Shown piece after piece: positions 42,076 to 52,743 of a DNA stretch of 64,000 bases. Position numbers and translations under genes: made by a program. The notes beneath the pieces are model-generated. The model did no database searches. It saw only the letters and a list, made by a program, of their open reading frames with translations, and was not told the origin of the DNA. Each line of letters opens with the position of its first letter. Position 1 is the stretch's first letter. This DNA comes from an uncultured Gammaproteobacteria bacterium (GTDB lineage Bacteria > Pseudomonadota > Gammaproteobacteria > UBA6002), in assembly GCA_963705725.1 (NCBI GenBank), contig CAVPKM010000009.1:62246-126245 (forward strand), read 5' to 3'.

Positions 42076-43476
42076 ATGATAATAAAAACACGCTTTGCGC
42101 CAAGTCCAACTGGCTATCTTCATATCGGTGGAGCAAGAACTGCGCTTTATTCCTGGTTATATGCAAAAGCAAATAATGGAACTTTTGTATTAAGAATCGA
42201 AGACACAGATTTAGAACGTTCCACACAAGAAGCGGTTGACGCCATCTTAGAAGGACTAAATTGGCTTGGATTGAGTTATCATGAAGGACCCTTTTATCAA
42301 ACCCAAAGATTAGACCGATATCAAGATGTGATGCACACCTTACTTGAAGAGAAAAAAGCTTACCGTTGTTACTGTTCAAAAGAACGCTTAGCAGCACTCA
42401 GGGCTGAGCAGCTCGCTCAAAAGAAAAAACCGCGTTATGACGGTAAATGCCGAAATTTAACCAATCAATTAGTCGATACCCCTTTTGTTATACGTTTTGC
42501 CAACCCAGAAACGGGTTCCGTCACCTTTATTGATCAAATAAGAGGCCCCATCACCGTTTTAAATAATGAACTTGATGATTTAATCATTGCTCGTACTGAT
42601 GGGATGCCTACTTATAATTTTACTGTGGTTGTCGATGATCTTGATATGGAAATCACTCATGTAATACGTGGAGATGACCATATTAACAATACTCCTAGAC
42701 AAATTAATATTTTTGAGGCACTGGGAAGTCACCCACCTCTTTATGCACATGTTCCCATGATCTTAGGTGCGGATGGTAAACGGCTGTCTAAACGCCATGG
42801 GGCGGTGAGTGTTTTACAATATCGTGATGAAGGCTACCTGCCTGAGGCTTTGCTCAATTACCTTGTACGCCTTGGTTGGTCTCATGGTGATCAGGAAGTC
42901 TTTACCCTGCAAGAAATGATTACTCTTTTTAGTTTAGATACGATCAGCCGCTCTCCCGCCATTTTTAACCCTGAAAAATTGCTCTGGCTTAATCAGCATT
43001 ACCTTAAAACTTGTTCCCCTGATTATGTAGCAAAACATTTAGCATGGCATTTTCAGCAACTAGGTATCACCACCCTATCCGGGCCAAGTTTATCAGAAGT
43101 GGTGATTGCTTTACGTGAAAGAGCAAAAACTCTAGCTGAAATGGCAGAAAAAAGTAGATTTTTTTACGAAGAATTTGATAAATATAACCACGAAGCAGTA
43201 ACAAAAGAATTTTCAGACACCACGCTTGAACTATTTGAACAACTGCTTAACAGATTTTTTAAACTCCCTGATTGGAACAAGGAAGTATTGAGCAAAACGA
43301 TTCATCATGTTGCAGAACAATTAAATCTTAAAATGGGAAAAGTCGCACAGCCACTCAGAGTTGCGGTAACGGGTAACACCACTTCCCCCTCTATCGATTT
43401 AACTTTAGCTTTATTGGGTAAGGCAAAAACCATTTCTCGTCTCGAACGAGCCATCCAATTTTTGAAAAAAAGGTAA
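42076..43476 (+). CDS. gltX: Glutamate--tRNA ligase (copy 1)
   Basis: [19 protein letters not shown] and LSKR motifs; anticodon-binding domain. Confidence 0.97.
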   Translation: MIIKTRFAPSPTGYLHIGGARTALYSWLYAKANNGTFVLRIEDTDLERSTQEAVDAILEGLNWLGLSYHEGPFYQTQRLDRYQDVMHTLLEEKKAYRCYCSKERLAALRAEQLAQKKKPRYDGKCRNLTNQLVDTPFVIRFANPETGSVTFIDQIRGPITVLNNELDDLIIARTDGMPTYNFTVVVDDLDMEITHVIRGDDHINNTPRQINIFEALGSHPPLYAHVPMILGADGKRLSKRHGAVSVLQYRDEGYLPEALLNYLVRLGWSHGDQEVFTLQEMITLFSLDTISRSPAIFNPEKLLWLNQHYLKTCSPDYVAKHLAWHFQQLGITTLSGPSLSEVVIALRERAKTLAEMAEKSRFFYEEFDKYNHEAVTKEFSDTTLELFEQLLNRFFKLPDWNKEVLSKTIHHVAEQLNLKMGKVAQPLRVAVTGNTTSPSIDLTLALLGKAKTISRLERAIQFLKKR

Positions 43477-43501
43477 CTATTAGCTATTAATACGGTTCCC
43501 C

Positions 43502-43708
43502 TTAACGACGGACACAGCTCCAACCGCAGGGTGATAACCAACAACCAAATTTTGCGCTTGGTCTTTTATATAAAATAACGGCATTACGATTGAAATATCC
43601 ATTGTAATAGCCACCTAGCACTGCACCAGGGTACTCAACTGGTCGATGAGTACAGCTAATCATCAAAAAACAAATGTTAATCATTATAATTTTCTTTAAC
43701 TTATTCAC
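43502..43708 (-). CDS. Small putative lipoprotein
   Basis: Basic N-terminus, hydrophobic stretch, lipobox-like LMISC; aagga RBS before GTG. Confidence 0.5.
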   Translation of the reverse strand: MNKLKKIIMINICFLMISCTHRPVEYPGAVLGGYYNGYFNRNAVILYKRPSAKFGCWLSPCGWSCVRR

Positions 43709-43766
43709 AGTTATCCTTAAAAAAATTCATTACCGAAGGGTTTCCTGGATTATATAATAATGGAGC

Positions 43767-43795
43767 TTGACAGTTTTTAATAGGCCTCCTAGAAT
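43767..43795 (+). promoter_or_regulatory. Sigma70 promoter of tRNA-Ala
   Basis: TTGACA-17 bp-TAGAAT followed by a GC-rich discriminator. Confidence 0.8.
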
Positions 43796-43806
43796 GCCGA
43801 TTTCCT

Positions 43807-43879
<73 letters not shown>

Positions 43880-43906
43880 TTATCTAAAAAAAATTAATAT
43901 TAAGAC

Positions 43907-43935
43907 TAGTCAAACACATTCAAAACAGATAGAAT
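43907..43935 (+). promoter_or_regulatory. Probable sigma70 promoter of tRNA-Glu
   Basis: TAGTCA-17 bp-TAGAAT. Confidence 0.55.
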
Positions 43936-43953
43936 GCATCCCTTTAAAGCTAA

Positions 43954-44029
43954 GTCCCCATCGTCTAGAGGCCTAGGACATCGCCCTTTCACGGCGGTAA
44001 CAGGGGTTCGACTCCCCTTGGGGACGCCA
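43954..44029 (+). tRNA. tRNA-Glu(TTC)
   Basis: gtccccatcgtctagaggcctagg...cgccctTTCacggcg...ggttcgactcc...gacgcca; CCA encoded. Confidence 0.97.
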
Positions 44030-44376
44030 GATTTTTCAAGCACTTAGAATCTGGCGTGTAACAGAAACCAACTTCCTTCCTTTTTCCTTACTATCCCATT
44101 GAATTTTGGGTTCAAAATCAAGAAGCCAATATGACCTATCCAGTCGATAATGATGTGGTCTAAATCGCACACCTAAAAAACAAAATTAATTATTTCTTTT
44201 TATTGTAAAATTGATAATATTATTAAAAATTTACAACATTTAGATTGGAGAGTAATATGAACCGTAAATTCGCAGAAATTAAAACAAAAAAAGATCTGGT
44301 ATTAATTTTTAACCAATTTGAAATGGGTGTGGTTGGGAGTCTCAATTCGACAATTTGATAGATCTTCTTTCTATCA

Positions 44377-44452
44377 TGCGGCATATCTTGCGACATAGTT
44401 ACGACACATCTTGCGACATAGTTACGACACATCTTGCGACAATCTTGTGACA
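44377..44452 (+). repeat. Seven phased heptamers (tgcgaca/tacgaca and variants) upstream of the fic gene; likely operator
   Basis: Starts at 44377, 44389, 44400, 44412, 44423, 44435 and 44446 (alternating 12/11 bp); 23-bp unit atcttgcgacatagttacgacac occurs twice. Confidence 0.85.
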
Positions 44453-44487
44453 TTGTTAAGATACCAAGGTAACTGGAGTGTATATTA

Positions 44488-45537
44488 ATTTTTAAACCAA
44501 AGTTTACAATCACTAATTCAATCGCAAATACGTTAACCACAATAGAGCGGGCTAGGGGATTTTTGGAAGCTGCCACCCTTTCCGATGAGTGGGTTGCTAA
44601 GATGCAGAACAAAGCCTTGATATTAGAAGCGCATCACACCACGCATATCGAGGGTACTCAGCTTACTTTGGAGCAATCAGAGCAACTATGGGCAGGCCAG
44701 CATCTTGCAACCGTTAATCCCGATGATACAAAGGAATTATTAAACTACAGACAGGCATTCGACTTAGTCGCCGGTTATGTAGGTGATGGTGAACCCATTA
44801 CCGAAGGATTGATTAGAGAAATTCATAAACGACTTGTGGAGGGGGTGAGAGGCAATGCCGCCACCCCTGGTGACTACCGTAAAATCCAAAATTATGTTGT
44901 TAACTCTAAAACAAAGGATGTCATTTACACGCCTCCAGCAGCTTTCGAAGTGTCCCAGATGATGCATCAATTAGTAGATTGGATAAATCACGAGACAGAG
45001 ATACATCCCGTCATAATGTCAGGTATCGCACAATTTCAACTTGTACACATTCACCCATTTTTAGATGGTAATGGCAGAACCGCGCGGCTGTTATCAACGC
45101 TTTGCCTTTATCAGCGCGGATATGACTTTAAAAAACTATTTACTATTAGTGAATATTACGACCGCAATAGAGCTGATTATTATCAAGCAATTCAAAGTGT
45201 CCGTGAGCATGATATGGATATGACTAGATGGGTTGAATATTTTATTCAAGGCTTATCTACCCAATTGCAAGAAGTGAAATCACTTGGTAAACAGGCAATA
45301 GGACAAGATGTTTTGGCAAAACAATATCATTTATCTGGTAGACAAAAACTAGCAATTGAATACATCGCAAAACATGGTGGTATTACCATTCAGCAATTTG
45401 AAAATATTTGTCCTGATGTAACGCGACGAACTTTACAGCGTGAATTAAAAGAATTAACGGATAAAAATCTTTTAATAACGACAGGCGCTACCAGTAATTT
45501 AATTTACGAGATGCAGGTGAAGAGTAAACAAGATTAA
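44488..45537 (+). CDS. Class II Fic protein with C-terminal winged HTH
   Basis: [12 protein letters not shown] Fic motif; TTHIEG inhibitory motif; [12 protein letters not shown] wHTH. The frame extends upstream to an ATT at 44488, 9 nt after GGAG. Confidence 0.9.
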   Translation: MFKPKFTITNSIANTLTTIERARGFLEAATLSDEWVAKMQNKALILEAHHTTHIEGTQLTLEQSEQLWAGQHLATVNPDDTKELLNYRQAFDLVAGYVGDGEPITEGLIREIHKRLVEGVRGNAATPGDYRKIQNYVVNSKTKDVIYTPPAAFEVSQMMHQLVDWINHETEIHPVIMSGIAQFQLVHIHPFLDGNGRTARLLSTLCLYQRGYDFKKLFTISEYYDRNRADYYQAIQSVREHDMDMTRWVEYFIQGLSTQLQEVKSLGKQAIGQDVLAKQYHLSGRQKLAIEYIAKHGGITIQQFENICPDVTRRTLQRELKELTDKNLLITTGATSNLIYEMQVKSKQD

Positions 45538-45548
45538 AAATGTATTTA

Positions 45549-47729
45549 TTATTCTCTCTCCACAGTAATAACACTTGCAACTTGAGATAAGCGCGCCATG
45601 ATACGGCTTAATGGGTTCAGACTATTTACTTCAAGTGTTAAGCGTAAAATGATCGTATGATTCTTTCGGTTAGGTGCCACATTTAAAGAAATAATTGGAA
45701 TGCGCTCATTGGCAAGAAGTGCAGTGATGTCTTGGAATAAATCACTTCTCTCATAGGCAAAGATATTCAGATCAACAGGATAATTTTTTGTTTGCTTACT
45801 TGCCCAAGAAACCTCGATTTTTCTTTCTGGATGGAGGATGGCTCTTTCAGAAAAATTAAGGCAATCTTTTCGATGAATCGACACACCCTTGCCAACAGTG
45901 ACATAACCAACAATCTCATCACCCGGGACTGGCTTACAGCATTTTGCTAGATAAGTGAGTAAATTTTCTATCCCCTCGATAACAATATCACCAGAAAACA
46001 ATGCAGATTGAATTTTAGTTGGCTCAGATATAAATAAATCAGTTTTTTGCCGCTCTCGGTGACCTGCTGCCATCATCTGTACAGCGAGCATGACACTGTG
46101 AATTCTTAAATCTCCCCTACCAATTGCAACAAACATCTCTTCTTTTGCTTTGTAGTTTAAATTTTCACTCAATTCCTCGTAAGAGATTTCTCTCACACCC
46201 AATCGTTTTATTTCTTTTTCAAGAATTTCATGACCTGCGGTCAAGTTACGTTCATGATCTTGCTTACGAAACCAATTCAGCACCTTGGCCTTGGCCCTGG
46301 CTGTTTTAAGATAACCTAAATGAGGATTTAACCAATCTCGGCTCGGGTGTCCTTGCTTAGCAGTCAAAATATCCACTTTTTCACCAGATTTTAACGGGTA
46401 AGTCAATGGGACAATACTGTTATTGATTTTTGCTCCACGACAACGGTGCCCTATTTCGCTGTGTATGGCATAAGCAAAATCAAGCGGTGTCGAGCCAAAA
46501 GGCAAGTCGATCACATCACCATTAGGCGTAAAAACATAAACTCGATCTTCGAATAAATGAGAACAAATTTCCTGGTGTTGTTTAACATCTCGCGTGACTT
46601 CTACCTGCCAATCCATTACCTGACGAAGCCAAGCAATTTTCTGCTCATAGCCACCAGACCCTCCTCCTTCCTTATAAACCCAATGGGCAGCTACCCCTAG
46701 CTCTGCTTCTTCATGCATCGCAAATGTTCGCAGTTGAATTTCAACATATTTATTTTCTGGGCCTACTACTGCAGTGTGAATTGAACGATAACCATTAGGC
46801 TTGGGATAAATAATATAATCATCAAATTCTTTCGGAATAGACGGCCATAGGGAATGAACAATTCCTAAGGTAGCGTAACAATCATCAACCGATGGCAGCA
46901 AAATTCTAAACGCGATTGCATCATAAATTTCGTTTAAAGGAACGTGCTTGCGCTGCATTTTTTTGTAAATACTATATATGTGTTTCGCACGGCCAGTTAC
47001 TTCGAAATGGTCAATTTTCGCTTTTTTTAATTCTTTTTCTAAGGTCATAATCATTTGCTTGACATATTTTTCACGATCTTCGCGGCGTTCTTTTAAACCA
47101 CGGGAAAGGTCATGGTAATCACTTGGCTGCAAATAGCGAAAAGCAAGATCTTCAAGTTGCCATTTTATATGGCCAATCCCTAATCGATTAGCAAGCGGCG
47201 CATAGATCTCCATGGTTTCTTTCGCAATACGGTGAACTTCAACTTCATTAAAACTCAGCATATTTTTTAATATACAAAGCCGTTCTGCCAATTTGATTAC
47301 CACTACTCGCACATCCTCTACCATGGCAAGTAGCATTTTTCTAAGATTATCAATCGTAGAAGCCAGCTGGGTGCGCTGAGTTAATTTGCCATGTAATGCA
47401 TGAACCGCATCCATTTTTTCAGTACCACTGACTAATTTGGCCACATCTTCTCCAAGATGCTCTATCACGTCCTCTAAGTGAACGGCTCTAATTTGGACAG
47501 AGCTATAGACAATTGCAGCAGCAAGGGAGTGGTCATCTAAATTCAAATCAGCAAGTATTTCTGCCATAGCAAGACCTTGATGCAGGCAAGATTCTCCATT
47601 TGCTGTTTGTGCGCCCTCGCCCGCAAACTCTGCTAACGTACAGGCTTCACGCAATAACGAAAGATTAATTTTCTTACGTTTCACTGCAATATTTTCTAAC
47701 CAACCTTGGACATTCACTGTGCCGTGCAT
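45549..47729 (-). CDS. relA: (p)ppGpp synthetase RelA
   Basis: APLANRLG, GRAKHIYSI, YRSIHT, EIQLRT motifs; TGS and ACT domains; HD motif degenerate; downstream of rlmD. Confidence 0.95.
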   Translation of the reverse strand: MHGTVNVQGWLENIAVKRKKINLSLLREACTLAEFAGEGAQTANGESCLHQGLAMAEILADLNLDDHSLAAAIVYSSVQIRAVHLEDVIEHLGEDVAKLVSGTEKMDAVHALHGKLTQRTQLASTIDNLRKMLLAMVEDVRVVVIKLAERLCILKNMLSFNEVEVHRIAKETMEIYAPLANRLGIGHIKWQLEDLAFRYLQPSDYHDLSRGLKERREDREKYVKQMIMTLEKELKKAKIDHFEVTGRAKHIYSIYKKMQRKHVPLNEIYDAIAFRILLPSVDDCYATLGIVHSLWPSIPKEFDDYIIYPKPNGYRSIHTAVVGPENKYVEIQLRTFAMHEEAELGVAAHWVYKEGGGSGGYEQKIAWLRQVMDWQVEVTRDVKQHQEICSHLFEDRVYVFTPNGDVIDLPFGSTPLDFAYAIHSEIGHRCRGAKINNSIVPLTYPLKSGEKVDILTAKQGHPSRDWLNPHLGYLKTARAKAKVLNWFRKQDHERNLTAGHEILEKEIKRLGVREISYEELSENLNYKAKEEMFVAIGRGDLRIHSVMLAVQMMAAGHRERQKTDLFISEPTKIQSALFSGDIVIEGIENLLTYLAKCCKPVPGDEIVGYVTVGKGVSIHRKDCLNFSERAILHPERKIEVSWASKQTKNYPVDLNIFAYERSDLFQDITALLANERIPIISLNVAPNRKNHTIILRLTLEVNSLNPLSRIMARLSQVASVITVERE

Positions 47730-47733
47730 ACAC

Positions 47734-49029
47734 TTACTCTCGTTTAAATAAAGCAATAGACTCCACATGACTGGTATGAGGAAACATATCCAGCACGCCC
47801 GCAGCAGCCAACTCATATCCTTGTTGTGTTAACTGTAAAGCGTCACGAGCTAATGTAGCTGGATTACAAGAGATATAAACAATACGCTTAACTTCTGATG
47901 TTGACAGTTTCTCAATGACTTCTAAAGCCCCAGTTCTAGGCGGATCAAGCAAAACGCCATCAAATTTTCTTTCTACCCAATTAAATTTTTTTTGTTTATC
48001 ACTTAAATCGTGACATTGAAACTCAGCATTAGTGATGGCGTTTAATTTTGCGTTTTCATTTCCTCTCGCCACCATTGCCTCGGTTCCTTCGATACCTAAT
48101 ACCTGCTGACATCGAGTTGCAATTGGCAGGGTAAAGTTGCCAATACCACAAAATAGATCGAGCATAGTTTCATCTTGCCTTGGAGCAAGCAATTCAATAG
48201 CAAGTCGAACTAACTGGGTATTGATGTCTTGATTAATTTGTACAAAATCCGTTGGATGAAAATATAGCGTCAATCCGAATTCATCTAACTGATAGCATAG
48301 CCTAGCTTTTTCATTTTCTGGATAGACTAAATAAGCGGAATCTGGCCCTCCAGGTTGTAAATAAAGATGAAAATTTTCAGTCCTAGCAAACTGCTTAATG
48401 CTATCGAGATCATTTTGTGAAATCGGTTTTAAATGTCGCAGAATAATTGCCGTGTTAACATCCCCTACCGCAATTTCTAATTGAGGAATCTGCAAATAGC
48501 CCTCTAATTGCAATAAAAAATTTCTCAATTTAGTTAAATTTTTGCCGATACTTTGATGTAAAACAGGGCAGGCTTCAATTTCAGCCAAATATCGTCCATT
48601 TTTTTCTCGAAATCCAATTAATAATTTTTCTTTTTTAATCACATAGCGCACCCCTAAGCGCGCCTTACGCCGATATCCATAATTATCTGCCATGACAGGA
48701 GGAAGCATTTTTTTCGGCATGATTTTGCCAACATGGAGCAATTGTTCAATTAGCACTGCTTCCTTATGTTTGATTTGAGCTTGACCGTCCATATACTGCA
48801 AGCTACATCCCCCGCAGGTACCAAAGGCCAGACATTTCGGTTCAACGCGATGAGGAGAAGGGATTAATATCGTGTCGACTGTCGCTTCATCGTAGCTCGC
48901 CTTTCTTCTTTGTGTGGTAACAAGTACCGTTTCTCCGACCATCGCACCGGATACAAAAATGGTTTTACCATTAATATGGCCAATTCCTCTGCCATCGTGA
49001 CTCAATCTTGAAATCGTAACTGTGGTCAT
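47734..49029 (-). CDS. rlmD: 23S rRNA m5U1939 methyltransferase
   Basis: TRAM domain, CGGCSLQ, DLFCGIG, LDPPR and YISCNP motifs. Confidence 0.96.
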   Translation of the reverse strand: MTTVTISRLSHDGRGIGHINGKTIFVSGAMVGETVLVTTQRRKASYDEATVDTILIPSPHRVEPKCLAFGTCGGCSLQYMDGQAQIKHKEAVLIEQLLHVGKIMPKKMLPPVMADNYGYRRKARLGVRYVIKKEKLLIGFREKNGRYLAEIEACPVLHQSIGKNLTKLRNFLLQLEGYLQIPQLEIAVGDVNTAIILRHLKPISQNDLDSIKQFARTENFHLYLQPGGPDSAYLVYPENEKARLCYQLDEFGLTLYFHPTDFVQINQDINTQLVRLAIELLAPRQDETMLDLFCGIGNFTLPIATRCQQVLGIEGTEAMVARGNENAKLNAITNAEFQCHDLSDKQKKFNWVERKFDGVLLDPPRTGALEVIEKLSTSEVKRIVYISCNPATLARDALQLTQQGYELAAAGVLDMFPHTSHVESIALFKRE

Positions 49030-49218
49030 GCCTCATCCCCTAATTCACAACTATTACAAATAAATTGCATAAATTTATAAAATATAATATCATAAAAAAA
49101 TAAATAATGCGCTATTTTTGATACTTTGTAACAATTCTCGCCACCATCGATATTATATTTTTACATCATCGCGCATCTTTAGTTAAAATAAATTTGTTAG
49201 ATATCATAAGGGGTTGCC

Positions 49219-50373
49219 ATGAACGGTAAATTTATTGGCGCAGTTTTTTTAATTTTGGGTACTTGTATTGGCGGTAGCATGCTTGCCCTACCAATAGCAA
49301 CGGCTCAAGATAGCGTCACAAAAATCTTTATTCTAATGTTAACCGCTTGGCTGATGATGGCAATAGGGGCTTTTGCATTGCTTAAGGTTAACCTTAAGCT
49401 ACCTGAAAATTCTAACTTAGTTTCAATGGCCCAAATGACCCTGGGCAAGGCAGGAGCAATAATTACCTGGGTCGTCACCCTCCTTCTTCTCTATACGCTA
49501 CTTTCAGCCTATATTTCAAGTGGTGAAGATTTACTTGGTGCCATTTTTAGCGAAATCCACCTACAACCTCCCATGTGGCTCAACGCCGTTATTTTTACGA
49601 CTATTTTAGGATACATCATTTTTCGTGGAATTAATTTGGTTGATTATGTCAACCGAGGTTTAATGGGAACAAAATTACTGGTTTGCTTAGTCCTAATTTT
49701 ATTACTCATTCCATTTAGCCATGCTAAAAACTTGTTGTTCCACTCAATAAGCGGCGGGAGTTCTGCTCTGACTTGTATGACTGCCTTCGGTTATGCAACC
49801 ATCCTGCCTTCTATTCGCAGTTATTTAAATAGTCATCGAACAAAGCTTTATTGGGCGACGCTTCTAGGTGGGCTAATCCCACTTGTTCTCTACCTAGCTT
49901 GGATTTTTGTTGTTCAGGCTACTATTCCTGCTAATGGGGGTCTAAGCACGATTTATGCTTCCTCTACTCATCCATTAAAAGCCATGGTAGAAGCACTTAT
50001 CCATCAGGGTAATAATACCAGCCTTAGTATTCTAACTAATGTATTTACTTCCATCTGCGTACTCACTTCATTTCTTGGCGTTGCACTCAGCTTGTCTGAT
50101 TTTTTATCCGATGGCATTAAAGTGAATAAACAACAGAAAGGAGGTGCGGCTATCATCAGCTGCTTAACACTAGGGCCACCGTTAATAATTGTATTAATTT
50201 CACCCGCGATTTTTTTAAAGGCATTAAATTATGCTGGCATTTTATGTATTATCTTGCTGTTTATTATGCCGTTATTGATGGCAGGTTCCTTATTTCTCCG
50301 CACTCATTTTTCACCCCTCTCCCCTTCCCTTGCGGGAGATCAACGCGCGAAGCACGGTGCGAGTGAGGGGTAA
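49219..50373 (+). CDS. Aromatic amino acid permease (TyrP/Mtr, HAAAP family)
   Basis: GTCIGGSMLALP, AFGY...PS and TSFLGV..SL.D motifs; about 11 TM helices. Confidence 0.88.
   Translation: MNGKFIGAVFLILGTCIGGSMLALPIATAQDSVTKIFILMLTAWLMMAIGAFALLKVNLKLPENSNLVSMAQMTLGKAGAIITWVVTLLLLYTLLSAYISSGEDLLGAIFSEIHLQPPMWLNAVIFTTILGYIIFRGINLVDYVNRGLMGTKLLVCLVLILLLIPFSHAKNLLFHSISGGSSALTCMTAFGYATILPSIRSYLNSHRTKLYWATLLGGLIPLVLYLAWIFVVQATIPANGGLSTIYASSTHPLKAMVEALIHQGNNTSLSILTNVFTSICVLTSFLGVALSLSDFLSDGIKVNKQQKGGAAIISCLTLGPPLIIVLISPAIFLKALNYAGILCIILLFIMPLLMAGSLFLRTHFSPLSPSLAGDQRAKHGASEG
50314..50370 (+). repeat. GC-rich REP-like element forming the permease C-terminus
   Basis: cccctctccccttcccttgcgggaga...gcgaagcacggtgcgagtgagggg, in an otherwise AT-rich gene. 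Confidence 0.5.
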
Positions 50374-50385
50374 GAGGAGACAAGC

Positions 50386-52743
50386 TTAGTGGTGTCGCCC
50401 ACCACCACTCATGCTCAAATCGGGAGAGGATGATAGCTGGCGCTGGGAATGATCTTCTGTCAGCTTTTGCTGATGCCCTACAGCAGCAGCTGACGACGAG
50501 TCTCTGGTGGTAATACGACGCACCTTCTTTCGATCTGGCTCGCGTACAACACGTTGAGTAGGACCATAAACCTTACGATTATTCGCCCCTTTTACCTTAG
50601 CACTCTCTTGAACAATCTTTTCTTTGCTTTGCTTAGTCTTTTCAATGCATTCGATTAGCGGAAGTTTAGTTTCAATATCAGCCATTTTCTCCTTGTTCTT
50701 GGTCTCCCAATACTCACAATATTTATGAACGCAAAAGACTGTGAGCGCAAACCCACCCATAATAAGCAATGGAATAACAGGACCTGCGGGATTAAAGAGC
50801 AAAAATGCCAAGGGAAAAGCAATGGAGACTGCAGCTAGAACTGAAAAAAGATGTTTTTGCAGAATGTTTTGATTGAAGTTTTTCACTCCTTGACGGAAAT
50901 CGTTCCATGAAGGAAACCAGGTCGGGTTAGCGGTAACACGGCATTCAGCCGGCTGCTTATTCAAAATTGCTGCTTTAAACTCAGAAACATTATGGTTCGC
51001 ATGAGCCTTTGTCGCTTCTTTTTTCTGCAAGTAAAGTGAAAGCGCTTCAAAAAATTTATCATCACTATTATTTGGCAATCCTGTGCCTGTATTTCGCTCT
51101 CGTGAGATGCCCACTGTTTTTTCAATTAATAACAATATTTTTTCTTTCTTAGATAACATTTCATCTAACTGTGTAGGATTATCAGATTTAATCCTTGAAG
51201 CATAATCTCGATACGATAGCATTAATTCAAGTATGAGCTCTTGCTTAGTTCTTGCGAGTTTTTGTTGAATTAAATTTTTTCCAAACTGATGGCTCGCTTT
51301 TTTAAGCAATCTTGCCGTACGGTTAATTTGTCGCTTTTCATCCTCACCAGATTGATGCGTCATTTGTGAAAACCAATAGCTATATCGCAAACCAAAGATC
51401 ACTGCACCCGCGATTCCGCCGGTGGTGATGAGTAAGGGAACCATAACAGGTGCTAGCGACACGGTAGCTAATAAACAAATAACAGTTGATACGGCAATAC
51501 CAATTAATATGCCAATCGATAACCCATACATCCCTTGCGCAATACGATCCACAACATGACGAAAGTGCGTGGTGCTTTTTACTGCGCTTACCCTAGTTTT
51601 TCTTAAAATTGAAAATCGTTTTACAAAAATTTTGCTATTCGTCTGATACGCATCATATTCATTAAGATCTCGGTATTCTTTCGATCGTAGCCGATGTAAT
51701 TTCTTTGTTAGCTGGTAGCGATTATTTTGGTAGGAGAGATTGACTTCAATATTTTTAGCATTAGATTCATAGTCCTTCTCAACAAAGTATTTATAAGCAA
51801 GTGACGCGGTAAAAGCAACTAGCCCTAGCGCAATAGCTGATGCAATAATCGGCCACCCAACGAAGACCCCTGCATGTACTACTCCAAGAAGAATCCCTGA
51901 AATTAAAATAATACCCAGCACCGTGTTAGTTTTTGCAACACTAAATAACAAAGCTGCACCAAAGCTCCTAAGATGAGCAAAAAATGATTTTTGTGGGGGT
52001 GCATTTTCTACAAGAAGGTTGCGATTCGGCGGCAGCGGCGTTCTATCTTTAAGACACAATGCTTTAACAACGCGTTGGTTAAATTTTGCCTCTACTTCAA
52101 TATCTTTTTGTGCAGCTAAATATTGCTGAACGGCACTTGCAAAGTGAGGATGTCTGCGTGAAAAACCCGTGACTGATTCTATCAGTGAAATCATGCCTTC
52201 TTGCTGAGGCAGTTTCCCATTTTTTCTGCGCTTTGCACGCAGCTTTTGTTCGAATTCTTCGTCTCGTTGTATATTGTATAATTCAAGGGTACTAAGATAA
52301 TTACGTAGGAGAAGTTTGAGCAGCTCCCCATTTTTAAGCGATGAAAGCGTTTTCTCTTCAATCTGCTTATTTTTCCCCTTATTCCAGAATCGTCCAGAAT
52401 AATCATGTTCATGCTCAAACTCTTGTTCTAGTTCAGTAATGAGATGCCGGTTAGCTTTTTCTAAATTGTCTAACCTAGCTAGGGCAATGTCTTCTGCTTC
52501 ATTTTTGAAGTACTCATCCACGAGTGATGACAAGGCAAAAATAACCGCGCCCGCTACTCCTGAACTAATAATGCCTGCTGCCATTGTTCCCACCAAGTGA
52601 GCTCCCAAGGCAGCAACGACACAAGCTTTAGTAATTGTTGCTACTGTATCATGACCATTCACCAATTCACGATAAAAACGTGAAAAATAACCTGTCACTC
52701 TTCGTAAAGAACTGTCTTTTTCAACAGGGAATCGTTCTTGCAT
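50386..52743 (-). CDS. Hypothetical multi-hairpin membrane/coiled-coil protein, effector-like
   Basis: Four long hydrophobic hairpins separated by charged helices; internal duplication; gagg RBS before ATG 52743. Confidence 0.75.
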   Translation of the reverse strand: MQERFPVEKDSSLRRVTGYFSRFYRELVNGHDTVATITKACVVAALGAHLVGTMAAGIISSGVAGAVIFALSSLVDEYFKNEAEDIALARLDNLEKANRHLITELEQEFEHEHDYSGRFWNKGKNKQIEEKTLSSLKNGELLKLLLRNYLSTLELYNIQRDEEFEQKLRAKRRKNGKLPQQEGMISLIESVTGFSRRHPHFASAVQQYLAAQKDIEVEAKFNQRVVKALCLKDRTPLPPNRNLLVENAPPQKSFFAHLRSFGAALLFSVAKTNTVLGIILISGILLGVVHAGVFVGWPIIASAIALGLVAFTASLAYKYFVEKDYESNAKNIEVNLSYQNNRYQLTKKLHRLRSKEYRDLNEYDAYQTNSKIFVKRFSILRKTRVSAVKSTTHFRHVVDRIAQGMYGLSIGILIGIAVSTVICLLATVSLAPVMVPLLITTGGIAGAVIFGLRYSYWFSQMTHQSGEDEKRQINRTARLLKKASHQFGKNLIQQKLARTKQELILELMLSYRDYASRIKSDNPTQLDEMLSKKEKILLLIEKTVGISRERNTGTGLPNNSDDKFFEALSLYLQKKEATKAHANHNVSEFKAAILNKQPAECRVTANPTWFPSWNDFRQGVKNFNQNILQKHLFSVLAAVSIAFPLAFLLFNPAGPVIPLLIMGGFALTVFCVHKYCEYWETKNKEKMADIETKLPLIECIEKTKQSKEKIVQESAKVKGANNRKVYGPTQRVVREPDRKKVRRITTRDSSSAAAVGHQQKLTEDHSQRQLSSSPDLSMSGGGRHH

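Noticed and set aside
44377-44452. Tandem repeats as a mini CRISPR array
   Set aside because: Units are 11-12 bp and abut with no unique spacers; no cas genes in the window.
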